Below, in pieces: positions 1 to 11,153 of a stretch of 64,000 nt of DNA. The position numbers and the translations under genes are program-made. Numbering within the stretch: the first letter of the stretch is position 1; each line of letters begins with the position of its first letter. Below the pieces are notes generated by a model. That model was not told where the DNA came from and did no database searches. It worked only from the letters and a program-made list of their open reading frames with translations. The DNA comes from Mytilus californianus (Eukaryota): contig NW_026262701.1 of NCBI RefSeq assembly GCF_021869535.1, positions 35,960,001-36,024,000 of the forward strand, in the 5' to 3' direction.

Positions 1-261
1 TTGTCAAGACAGTTTGTGTTGCAGAGATGCTTACGTGCTTGTTATAATGAACAGGCTTGAAATATGTACAGTTTGTGCTTGACCATCGTTAAAGACTGCA
101 TGTAGTCTTTAGATCTATACACTTGTATTATTCGATTACTGCCTTCTTGACGTTCATTCCACACATGTATATCTATACCAGTACGATTTTTTAGGATTTC
201 ATCCTTTCCATTGTATTTCTTGATTGAACTATTTTCAATATGAAAAACCGCCTCGGTTGTT

Positions 262-494
262 CCGTCGTAGCGCGAACATTTTTTTTAGTTTTTCGACGCT
301 ATCAATCAAATTTTTTTTTCTTCAAAATTTAATACTATTAGGTATGGGGTAAATCTGGATTCAGAATATTTGTTTTTTGTCATCTGCTTGACCACAATAT
401 TTTTTTTCATCAAAATGGGGATCAGAATATTTTTTAGGAAAAAACCATACCCCCCCCCCCCCCCCCCCCCTGAAGTTAAAAGGTCGTTCCCTTA
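262..494. mobile_element. Partial MITE (right end only), related to the 1891-2140 family
   Basis: Ends in AAAAGGTCGTTCCCTTA preceded by a poly-C run; no left TIR found. Confidence 0.55.
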
Positions 495-705
495 CCTTGT
501 GATCTTGCACGTTGAAAATCCATCTCACAGCGTGCCTGTCTAGTACAAAATCAGGTGGTATGTATATCCCATCAATATGTTTTCGTTCATTTAATGCATG
601 TAATGTGAGCCACTGCACGTTATGCATTTATAAATCAATCAATATACTATGATTTTTATTAGAAAAAGACTTGAAATAAATAACTTATAGGATGTCCTAA
701 CATAA

Positions 706-910
706 AAATAAGAAGATGTGGTATGCTTGCCTATGAGAAAACCCTCCATCAGAGACCAAATGACGTTGAAGTTAACAACTATAGGTCACTGCACGGCATT
801 CAACAATAAGCAAAACCAATACCGCATAGTAGGCTATAAAAAGCACCGAAATGACAAATGTAAAACAATTCAAACGAGAAAACAGTCTGATTTATGTACA
901 AAACAATAAA
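706..910 (+). repeat. Dispersed repeat family A (head AAGAAGATGTGGTATGATTGCCAATGAGACAACT-like)
   Basis: Matches copies or fragments at about 12295-12390(+), 18105-18190(-), 40120-40470(+), 41630-41762(-), 42043-42250(+), 63073-63270(-), 63515-63580(+) and 63682-64000(+). Confidence 0.85.
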
Positions 911-1890
911 CTAAAAAAGTTAGACAACGCCTAAAAAAGAAAATTAAACACCAAAAAAACTGTTTGTAATCGTTTACAGACATGTTGCGTACTTTTTATC
1001 TGTTTACCACAAAGAACATGAAAAACTTTAATACTTGTAGTTTATATTCATGTCTTCTTTCCGTGTGTGCCCTCCCACATAACCTATGATTTTTTATGCA
1101 AATACAGATAAATTTCACTGGTATAAAATTGCATTGTCACTAATTTCAATAAAAGACAAACATTTGATAATACTCAATTTTAGTACACCATGTCACCTCG
1201 TGTTTGGTACACACTCTATAATCCACTTATTTTTGGCAATCCTTAACATGGCATACAACTTATCAGAGTTCGCTTGTTTGTTTAGGAACTGGTTTGTCAA
1301 CATTAGATTTTAAGTATATTGTCAATCGAGTCACTAAATAACATGTAATAACATCAATACTATTAAAATGATGTTGACATACGGTATTATATTTAAAAAT
1401 TCGATCCACAAAGACCTTTGACTAGGTTTCAGCATCTATAACATAATAAAACATGGCAGTACTTCAACTGTTTGTTTTCTTGCTGGGGGTTCTCCTGCAT
1501 GTCCAGCAGTGTTTGTTTTTATGACCCAGCTGGTCAGTAAAAGGTTAATTCATTATTAGAAATGGGTTTGATTAATATTCGTTTTGAATTACTTTATTCA
1601 ATCTAAAAAGTTATGTCATATGTATTGAAAATATATATAGTGATATTTAAACTTAGTATCCTTCGTTTCTAAGCTTTGAAAGTAACAAATGGTTATTGTT
1701 TATCAAACTTTTGTTCGGAACAATAAGAATTATATCGGGCTGGACGTCCTATTTAAAAGAAAAAAATGGACTATTTTGTTCAACATGGATAACGGCATCA
1801 TAGTGCTAAACCTGATTGATCATACTGTTTCTCTGACTATTGATGCATTAAATATAGATCTAATTAACCTTATTAAAGTCTGAATGTGAA

Positions 1891-2140
1891 TAAGGGGACG
1901 ACCATTTGATTTTGTCGGTGTGGGGTAGGGAGTGTGGGGAGGGGCGGATTTTTTTCGGGTGAAATATATATTTTTTACCTGCTTCTAGGCCACTTATCTA
2001 TTTTCCCTTTTGAACACAATTACTTCTTACATTTTGTTAGTTGGGCAGAATATTCATTTTTTTCAGTTCTAACCAGGCCAGGATTTTCATTTCCAGAATC
2101 CCCCCCAAAAAAATCAAATAATCAAATGATCGTCCCCTTA
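1891..2140. mobile_element. MITE with 19-bp TIR and TA target-site duplication (Tc1/mariner-type)
   Basis: TA-AGGGGACGACCATTTGATT ... AATCAAATGATCGTCCCCT-TA, one mismatch. Confidence 0.85.
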
Positions 2141-3580
2141 CCACTGCTTGAATAACACCGCCCGTTGTTTTCTTTAAACCATGGACATGGTATCATATTT
2201 TATGTTTTCACCAATTTTGCCAACAGCTTAAGGTATTGTCAATATCACTGGACTTTTGAGGTACCATTGAACTGTGCTTCTGTGTGCTTGTTTTCCTTGT
2301 TACTATTTATAAATGAATCATTATTGGTCTTTATTAGTACTTGATACAACCAACGCCTTAAACTTACATTTGTATTTCATAATTCCTTTTTAAATCAGAC
2401 TTTAAAATATAGCGAACACGTTTCTTTGATGAACGTTACATAAACACACATTTATAAATACCATTAAAATTCATTTTAAATGGAAAGAAACTAATGGTTC
2501 TAGACAATATCAGTCACGGAAACGTCCGTGCAAATTACATTTTAACTCGGTTATACTCCAAGCATGCCTATGTAAAGTACATTATCTCCATAACTTCTTT
2601 TTAAGAAGATATTTGAAGAAAATAATAATGAATGCAAGTTGTAAACCTGTCATAACATTTCCTGCTGTCGTCTGCTGTGTATTACTATAAAAAAAATGAT
2701 GGAACCAAAAAATTACATCAATTATAGAAAAAAATGTGGTTTCATAGATGTAGACAAATAAATTCATAGAGAACTAATGCTGTCACTATGCATTTCAGAT
2801 TTTTTTAAAGTTCACATTACCTTAAGTTCACTCCCATGTTCAGTTTAGTTATGTTATTGTCTAAAACAACCACGAAAGGCTATACCACAAGTGTTTCAAC
2901 CAAATGTCTTCCATGTTAAATACAAATATAAACAAAATAAAACAGTTTGTTGATTCATTTGCGGATGTCTTTAACTAATTTTGTTTCATTTGGGTTTTGT
3001 TTTGATCTCTCAGTTCTCGTCTACGTCTTGACTAATCTACACAGCGAATCAAACCGGTATTATAGGTCAATGCTGTTTCTTGCAATATAAAAGAATTGAT
3101 AATGATTACCATGAAGACAAATATAGGTAAGAGTTCCATATGGCACCCCATCATACTAAATGAACACAATACCATACTGCAGTTCATTCCAAGGTGGTGG
3201 TGGTTGTATGGTACTTTTCCTAAACAATGCAACAGTAAAAAATCTAGCTGAGTATCCCACAGTAAAAAAAAAACTATTTTCTTTGTATGCATGTTTTTAA
3301 AAGTTTGAAATTGAATGTCAATCGGCAATGATGTCCAATGACCGGTGTTCATAGACATGCAGATGCTATAGTCAGTGCTTCGGTACTGACGTGATTTATT
3401 ATACCTTTCTTCATAAAGTATCCGTTGATAAATTATGAAATTAAAAAAATTATAAGGTGCAAACTACCTCATGCAAAGTTGACTTAGTTGCATTTAGCGA
3501 TTGTTTGTTTGTCCCTTTTTGTCATATAGTTCCTCGTGCATGCAGGTACCTATACATCCCTGGCTTTAAACCTAGAGATC

Positions 3581-3617
3581 CCGATGAAGGTAACTACAGG
3601 AAAGCGCTTCGGACGCA
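3581..3617 (+). ncRNA. Decayed type I hammerhead-ribozyme-like remnant within a dispersed repeat
   Basis: CCGATGA (CTGATGA with one change), then GGAAA, palindromic stem III AAGCGCTT and C as the putative cleavage site; stem II is poor. Confidence 0.4.
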
Positions 3618-4098
3618 CTAAATTTATAAGTGTTATTTTTCTTTAATAATCACATATTTTTTGGTTATACAGCTACTTTATATATAATATATGTATATTT
3701 ATCTTACATGTGTTCGTTGTTAATTCTACTTGTTAAATAATCCAATTAAATACGATTTGGTTTACAGCGACACTAAAAGTCTGGTGATTTTTAATTAATA
3801 TTGGATTATAAAAGTCACTATTACTGTAAGTCTACTCTGTTATGAATAAAAGATTTATTTTATGACATCAAATTTATTTTGAGCATTAAGATTGATTAAT
3901 ATATATTTATATTTATAATATATACATCTTATTTTTATATTCCTGATATTCAGGTTAATTAAATTCAATTTTCTATGTCATATTATATACAGATGTTATA
4001 CAGACCTATAGGGATGTTTTTTTTTCTGGATGCCAGTTATTTTAACAAACAGAGAATTAAGAAGTGAAGAGTGTAGAAGTAAACAAAATGCTTTCTTA

Positions 4099-4733
4099 AT
4101 CGGTGTCCGTGCTTCGTCGTTATCATCCATCCACACGTCGGTGCTTCGTCGTTATCATTTCTCCATAAGTCGGTGCTACGTCGTTAACATCCATCCATTA
4201 GTCGGTACTTCGTCGTTATCATCCGTCCACACGTCGGTGCTTCGTTGTTATCATTTGTCCATAAGTATGTGCTTCGTCGTTAACATCCATCCATTAGTCG
4301 GTGCTTCGTCGTAATCATCCATCTATTAGTCGGTGCTTCGTCATTATCATCCATCAAGTAGAAGATGTTAAGTCGTTTTTATCGTCAATTTGTCGGTGCT
4401 TCATCGTAATCGGCCGCCCATATTAAAGTCGGTGTTTCGTCGTTATCATCCGTCCATAAGTCGGTGCTTCATCGTTATCATCCGTCCATACGTCGGTGCT
4501 TCATCGTTATCATCCGTCCATTAGAAGATATTTCGTCGTTTTCAACGTCCATTAGTCGGTGCTTCGTCGTTATCATCTGTCCATTTGTCGGTGCTTCGTC
4601 GTTTTCAACGTCCATTAGTCGGTGCTTCGTCGTTATCATCCGTCCATACGTCGGTGCTGCATCGTTATCATCCATCCATTAGAAGATGTTTCGTCGTTTT
4701 CAAAGTCCAATAGTCGGTGCTTTGTCGTTATCA
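4099..4733. repeat. CpG-rich degenerate minisatellite, 31-33-bp unit (gtcggtgcttcgtcgttatcatccgtccatta), about 20 units; orphan units at about 5168-5240
   Basis: Tandem periodicity visible directly. Confidence 0.9.
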
Positions 4734-5265
4734 TACTTTCATTTGAAAAACAGGATCAGAGTTACAGGATACTAGTCCGGTACTCACGAATGAAGGCCCT
4801 TAATAAATCTACCATCTTGTAAATAGGATTTTGTACCGAGATGAAAATTATGTTAAGTGTATTCAAAGAGATTAATTAAACTTTCAACTTCTATGAAATT
4901 TAGTGTGATTCTAAATTATATAGGGTGGATGATTGTCTTAGTAAATGATCAAAATTTCAACCTCGGTTTTAACCAGGAAGGGAATGAAATGACCATATCA
5001 ATGCCCACTCTTAAGAGCCGGTCATGACCCTTCAAGAACCCTAATAAAAACCACGAAGGGGTTACAAGTATGAGATAGCAATTGAAATTTGGGCAAATTT
5101 AGGGAATACAATTTGTCTTCAATGATTATAAAATTACATTGAATTAATGAGGGAAATAATTGGGTTCCCGTTCCATTTGTCGGTGCTTCGCCATTTTTAT
5201 CCGTCTATTAATCTGTGCTTCGTCGGTATCATCCATTCATTTTTTTTTCGGTATTTGGGGTTTTA

Positions 5266-5900
5266 GTTGTCGTATAATACCTTACATATAATACGGTCAT
5301 GTCTTCAGTTGTCGTATAATACCTTACATATAATACGGTCATGTCTTCAGTTGCTCTATAATACTTACATATAATACGGTCATGTCTTCAGTTGCTGAAT
5401 GATACTTACATATAATATGGTCATGTCTTCAGTTCTCGTATAATACCTTACATAGCATACGGTCGTGTCTTCAGTTGTCGTATAATACCTTACATTTAAT
5501 ACGGTCATGTCTTCAGTTGTCGTATAATACCTTACATATAATACGGTCATGTCTTCAGTTGTCGTATAATACCTTACATAGCATACGGTCATGTCTTCAG
5601 TTGTCGTATAATACCTTACATTTAATACGGTCATGTCTTCAGTTGTCGTATAATACCTTACATATAATACGATCATGTCTTCAGTTGTCGTATAATACCT
5701 TACATATAATACGGTCATGTCTTCAGTTGTCGTATAATACCTTACATTTAATACGGTCATGTCTTTAGTTGTCGTATAATACCTTACATATAATACGGTC
5801 ATGTCTTCAGTTGTCGTATAATACCTTACATATAATACGGTCATGTCTTCATATGTCGTATAATACCTTACGTGTTACATATGTAATACGTTCATGTCTT
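5266..5900. repeat. 42-bp minisatellite (agttgtcgtataataccttacatataatacggtcatgtcttc), about 15 units
   Basis: Highly homogeneous tandem units. Confidence 0.95.
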
Positions 5901-6349
5901 TAATTGATTGCTTTGTGTAATTTTTATATAGAACCAATGGTTCCACTTTCTCAAAGTTGTCAGATTTTGACTCCACATTTTATGATATTTTTAGTTGCTT
6001 CACCCGAGTATACGGTTTTAATCAAACCAGAAACGCAGTTAGAACTAATAAAGTATAATGTATGTTTTGTTTTCGAATAATAATGATCAAGTCGATCTTA
6101 CCAATAGTTTCGAAAACAAGACAATAAAATGAAAATTAATGTCAATGTTACAACAACTTTACAGCATATAAAATTTTTAAGAAAAAAGTTTATATCTACT
6201 CTGTTTTCTAACTGCATTTCAGTGTTAACTAAGAAGATCCATTTTTGCTGCACTTATTTCCTTTTCTTAGAGTCAGACTCTGGTTGCCATGAAACCATTT
6301 GAAAATATTTTTATACTTATTATGATCTCGGTGACGATCTAATTAATGA

Positions 6350-6351
<2 letters not shown>

Positions 6352-6425
<74 letters not shown>
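6352..6425. repeat. (AT)n microsatellite, about 37 units
   Basis: Perfect dinucleotide run. Confidence 0.98.
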
Positions 6426-6427
<2 letters not shown>

Positions 6428-6609
6428 TTTACATTTGACCCCATAAAGGAAGTCTACTTCTTGAAGAAAATATTTATTTCTGCAAAATATCGGTTACATA
6501 TCATCTGACAAAAGTCAATAGTGAAATCAATATTGAAGACGGCAAACACACCAGTATGACAAATACTGGTCTTATAGACCAACGGAAATGTGTGTGTGCT
6601 ACCATGTAT

Positions 6610-8463
6610 AGACATAGGTGGCAGCAACACCTGGTTTAGATTTCATGCTTCCTGGTGCATAGATGACAAACATACTTGGTAACAGGGTTTCATGCTACCC
6701 TATACTTAGATGACAACAACACCTGGTTCCGCGAGATTCCATGTTACCCTCAACATCGTTCACAACAACACCTGGTTTACTGCACATATGTGACAGCAAC
6801 AACTGGTTTAAAGATTCCATGCTATCATTTGCACAGTTCACACAACACCTGGTTTAAAGATTCCATGCTACCCTGTACACAAAAACATAGGTGACAACAA
6901 CAGCTGGTTTAAAGATTCACTACTACCCTGTACACAGAAACATTAGGTGACAACAACAGCTGGTTTAAAGATTCCCTACTACCCTGTACACAGAAACATA
7001 GGTGACAACAACAGCTGGTTTAAGGATCCCCTGCTACCCTGAACACAGAAACATAGATGACAACAACAGCTGGTTTAAAGATTCCCTGCTACCCTGTACA
7101 CAGAAACATACTAAGGTGACAACAACAGCTGGTTTAAAGATTCCCTACTACCCTGTACACAGAAACATAGGTGACAACAACAACTGGTTTAAAGATTCCA
7201 TGCTACCCTGTACACAGAAACATAGGCGACAACAAGTTGGTTTAAAGATTCCCTCCTACCCTGTACACAGAAACATAGGTGATAACAACAGCTGGTTTAA
7301 AGATTCCCTGTTACTCTGTAGACAGAAACATATGTGACAACAACAGCTGGTTTAAATATTCCATGCTACCCTGTACACAGAAACATAGGTGACAACAACA
7401 GCTGGTTTAAAGATTCCCTGCTACCCTGTACACAGAAACATAGGTGACAACAACAGCTGGTTTAAAAATTCCATGTTACCCTGTACACAGAAACAAAGGT
7501 AACAACAACACCTGGTTTAAAGATTCCCTGCTACCCTTTACACAAAAACATAGGTGACAACAACACCTGGTTTAAAGATTCCGTGCTATCATGTGCACAG
7601 TTCACAACAACATCTGGTTTAAAGATTCCATGCTACCCTTTACGTAGAAACATAGGTGACAACAACACCTTGTTTAAAGATTCCCTACTACCCTGTACAC
7701 AGAAGCATAGGTGACAACAACAGCTGGTTTAAAGATTCCCTGCTACTCTGTACACAGAAACATAGGTGACAACAACAGCTAATTTAAAGATTCCGTGCTA
7801 CCCTGTACACAGAAACATAGGTGACAACAACAGCTGGTTTAAAGATTCCCTGCTACTCTGTACACAGAAACATAGGTGACAACAACAGCTGGTTTAAAGA
7901 TTCCCTGCTACCCTGTACACAGAAACATACTTAGGTGACAACAACAGCTGGTTTAAAGATTCCCTGCTACCCTGTACACAGAAACATAGGGGACAACAAC
8001 AGCTGGTTTAAAGATTCCCTGCTACCCTGTACACAGAAACATAGGGGACAACAACAGCTGGTTTAAAGATTCCCTGCTACCCTGTACACAGAAACATAGG
8101 TGACAACAACAGCTAATTTAAAGATTCCCTGCTACCCTGTACATAGAAACATAGGTGACAACAACAGCTAATTTAAAGATTCCCTGCTACCCTGTACACA
8201 GAAACATACTAAGGTGACAACAACAGCTGGTTTAAAGATTCCCTGCGACCCTGTACACAGAAACATAGGTGACAACAACAGCTGGTTTAAAGATTCCCTG
8301 CTACCCTGTACACAGAAACATAGGTGACAACATCAGCTGGTTTAAAGATTCCCTGCTACCCTGTACACAGAAACATAGGTGACAACAACAGCTGGTTTAA
8401 AGATTCCCTGCTACTCTGTACACAGAAACATAGGTGACAACATCACCTGGTTTAAAGATTCCA
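6610..8463. repeat. 55-bp minisatellite (ggtgacaacaacagctggtttaaagattccctgctaccctgtacacagaaacata), about 33 units
   Basis: Period 55 (e.g. 7388 to 7443); degenerate left edge and homogeneous right part; some units carry a 4-bp insertion. Confidence 0.95.
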
Positions 8464-9194
8464 GACTTTACCTAGTTAATAGTTGATTTCATGTCTGTTT
8501 AAATGGAAACGATTTCAATAAATCATCACTTTTACAGTTACCTGTCTTAATTTTGACCTTAAAAGTGCATTTTCAAGTAAAGAAGAGACTCAGATCTATT
8601 GATGGGAAAATTGACGCATGCATGTATAAGTGATGCCAAATAACATTTTGTTCTGTCAAATTTAAATGGACTGATTTAATGACAAGTTTCTTCCACCTAT
8701 CAAAACAAAATGAAATATATACCAAATCATTTTGTTAATCATTAGATCCATACAATATCTTCCGAAAAGATCTCTATTGTATGCATATATTATAAATGTT
8801 CTCTCTTAACATGTCTATAATCAGTTAACGTATAGATCATATTTAATAACATATCTGCATCAAGAACCAAGGTTTGTCACCTTAACGTCATTTACACCTG
8901 ACAACATCATTATATTCATATAATTTATCAAGTCATTTAACTCATAAATGACATATCTTAACTTTCCAAATTAAGAAAAGGACGTTTTCAACCATTAAAT
9001 TATGTGGAAAAGATATCTTATTCTTCCATCTTCGATAATAAAGCGATGAACCAAAACAAACCTTGCTTTCTTTCATAAGGACAAACTAAGGTGACATGAC
9101 AAAATCACCAAGTAAAGTACGGTATCACTAATATTTGTTTTTCACACTAAAGTCTAGATTCAACAAGATAGAGACACCAGTTATTATTAACCAT

Positions 9195-9200
9195 TTTATT
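9195..9200 (-). terminator. Candidate polyadenylation signal AATAAA of gene A
   Basis: AATAAA about 235 nt after the stop codon; the hexamer is common in AT-rich DNA. Confidence 0.3.
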
Positions 9201-9434
9201 TCATTGCACTTGTATAAAAATCTGTTTAAAATGTTTCACTTTTGTCATTTGGAGGTTCCCACAACTGTATTTAATCATTAAACTGGTAAAATCAGTTATC
9301 AAATCTTTCATTACCCTGCTATTATTTTCATTTTAACTGATTAATTTGACACAAAGAATGAACTGACTTGAATGAAACTTTGAACAACTGTATCTAGACT
9401 AGTGAGAAAAATCTTATTTTAAAGAGATCGATTA

Positions 9435-10757
9435 CTAGACTAGAATTAAATGTTGCTTGTCGTAGTTCATTCGAATTAAATCACCCAACAGTTTATTGTT
9501 CTTGTTACTTTTAAGCCTGTCTGGGTCCTGGTAAATTCTGGTTGGTAACGTGGGAACAAGCACCGGCTTTCTGCAAGTTTTATAATTATAATAGTCTATT
9601 TCCTTTTGACAAGACGGTAAGAGGTACATTTCTGTATCCTCGTGAATCACAGATTGAAGTTTGTTTTCATGGTCTTCATCTTTGATTGAATAAATCTTAA
9701 ATTTTGGCTTTCTGCATTTTGACAATCTCTTTTTCTGTTTTTGAACACAATTTTTGAGATCACTGTCAGAATGTTTACTTCCTACTTCCGGTTTTGCCTC
9801 AGCAACTTGATATGATACTTCTATGTTTTCCTTTGTGCATTCATGATATTCATTATCATCATCTGATTCTGATTGATCGGCGAAAACATCCGGGTCCGAA
9901 ACTTCCGACTCAGATGTATGTGGCACGCTAGACGACTCTGTCGAAACAGTCGAAAAAGAATCTGTTCGATTGCATCGTGACTGCTCAGAGTCAGTTCTAC
10001 TTAAGCTCTGGATTATTTCCCGCACTTGTTGTTTTAAAAACAAATTTTGTTCAATTTTGTCCAAAAACACAGGATATTCACTTTCAGTACTTTCACCAGA
10101 ATTGAGGTCATATTCTGTCTCACTATCATCTAAATTTTGTTCCGAATTTTGAATTCGGGTTGGTAAAGCAATCGAATCAGTCTCACTTCTATTACAATTT
10201 AATAAATCCACACTTTCATATGTCGGAGTTTTAGAAATCCCATCACGTGCATTCAAACTTATAATTGTATTAGTTAAATCAGAATTAGATTCCAGTTGAA
10301 CTGTCGATTCTTTGGGGACGTCGTTTTGAGATCTAGATACATTTGTAGCACTTTTTATGGCACTAGATTTGGCGGGAATACGTCTGGCAGGCAATACTGG
10401 AACAACCATATATGGTCCTTCCTTTTCGTCTTCCTCTGTTAGACTAGAAGTAAATTTCAAACCAGTCAAAATTCTGAACTGACTTGCTATAATGTTATCT
10501 GGGAGATCCTTAATTTCATCGTAAATATGGGGTGATGACGAACCGTGTAACCCCGTGGTACAGTCATTTAATGCTGTATTGTTTACTTCCTTTGGCACAA
10601 CGTCTGCAACTTGAACACAATTATTTTCGAACTTTCGGAAACCATACGGTGAATTGTCTCTAGATTTTGAATCTTTAAAACCATATTCTGTTGACGAATC
10701 ATCACTACTATCATAACATTTCCGCTTATGCTTTCTTCCTTTGAACCATCGAATCAT
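9435..10757 (-). CDS. Gene A: uncharacterised 440-aa Ser/acidic-rich, probably disordered protein with Tyr-based linear motifs; paralog of gene B
   Basis: 1.3-kb stop-free ORF in AT-rich DNA. First ATG at 10757 (G at -3) lies 23 nt after a splice acceptor (tttatttacAG, 10782-10781); the ORF track's TTG start at 10775 is less likely. Shares colinear motif blocks with the 59444-60670 ORF. Confidence 0.9.
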   Translation of the reverse strand: MIRWFKGRKHKRKCYDSSDDSSTEYGFKDSKSRDNSPYGFRKFENNCVQVADVVPKEVNNTALNDCTTGLHGSSSPHIYDEIKDLPDNIIASQFRILTGLKFTSSLTEEDEKEGPYMVVPVLPARRIPAKSSAIKSATNVSRSQNDVPKESTVQLESNSDLTNTIISLNARDGISKTPTYESVDLLNCNRSETDSIALPTRIQNSEQNLDDSETEYDLNSGESTESEYPVFLDKIEQNLFLKQQVREIIQSLSRTDSEQSRCNRTDSFSTVSTESSSVPHTSESEVSDPDVFADQSESDDDNEYHECTKENIEVSYQVAEAKPEVGSKHSDSDLKNCVQKQKKRLSKCRKPKFKIYSIKDEDHENKLQSVIHEDTEMYLLPSCQKEIDYYNYKTCRKPVLVPTLPTRIYQDPDRLKSNKNNKLLGDLIRMNYDKQHLILV

Positions 10758-10780
10758 ATCGTCAGGCTGCTTCAATCTTC

Positions 10781-10996
10781 CTGTAAATAAATTGATGTAT
10801 ATAAGATCAGCATAGTTTTTTTAATCCGTTGAAATGACTTTTTGTATAAATCAGACCATTCATTTGTCTTCGAATGTGACTGAATGCATGTAATATAGAC
10901 CAGGAAAAGCGACAACTTGTCATGAATAATTTATAAGGTGCTCCTAGTTAAGCATTTACATGATACGTTCTAAAAAGTAAATGTAAATGCACATAC
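10781..10996 (-). other. Predicted 5'-UTR intron of gene A (about 216 nt)
   Basis: Acceptor tttatttacAG at 10782-10781; donor GTATGT at 10996 (alternative AG/GTGTAT at 10998). The presumed first exon (about 11123-10997) has no ATG. Confidence 0.55.
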
Positions 10997-11145
10997 ACCT
11001 ATCAAACACACGTTAATTCAATTCTAACGGAAATGTATGTTTCCCAGACACAAACTAGAATAATTATGAAGGGTTTATATTGACAAATCCAGTTGAGGTC
11101 AAATATGTAACACGGTGAAGAGTTTCAGGTCAGTCTGCTTGGAGG

Positions 11146-11153
11146 TATTTATA
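11146..11153 (-). promoter_or_regulatory. Candidate TATA box of gene A (TATAAATA)
   Basis: Consensus TATAAATA on the minus strand, about 155 nt upstream of the predicted donor. Confidence 0.5.

Noticed and set aside
4030-4822. Overlapping repetitive ORFs (DNDEAPT-like)
   Set aside because: Units are 31-33 bp, so frames shift continually; not protein-coding.
5380-5844. 154-aa and 97-aa ORFs with 14-aa repeats
   Set aside because: A by-product of a 42-bp (multiple of 3) tandem unit lacking stops in some frames; no unique coding flanks or splice context.
6610-8463. 55-bp or 44-bp arrays as CRISPR
   Set aside because: Head-to-tail repeats without unique spacers, eukaryotic context and no cas genes.
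10758-10775. TTG start MKQPDD given by the ORF track for gene A
   Set aside because: Eukaryotic gene; the in-frame ATG at 10757 aligns with the conserved M-x-R-W start of gene B.
11096-11132. Two AGGTCA nuclear-receptor half sites near the gene A start
   Set aside because: 25-nt spacing is not a canonical response element, and nothing equivalent is seen at gene B.
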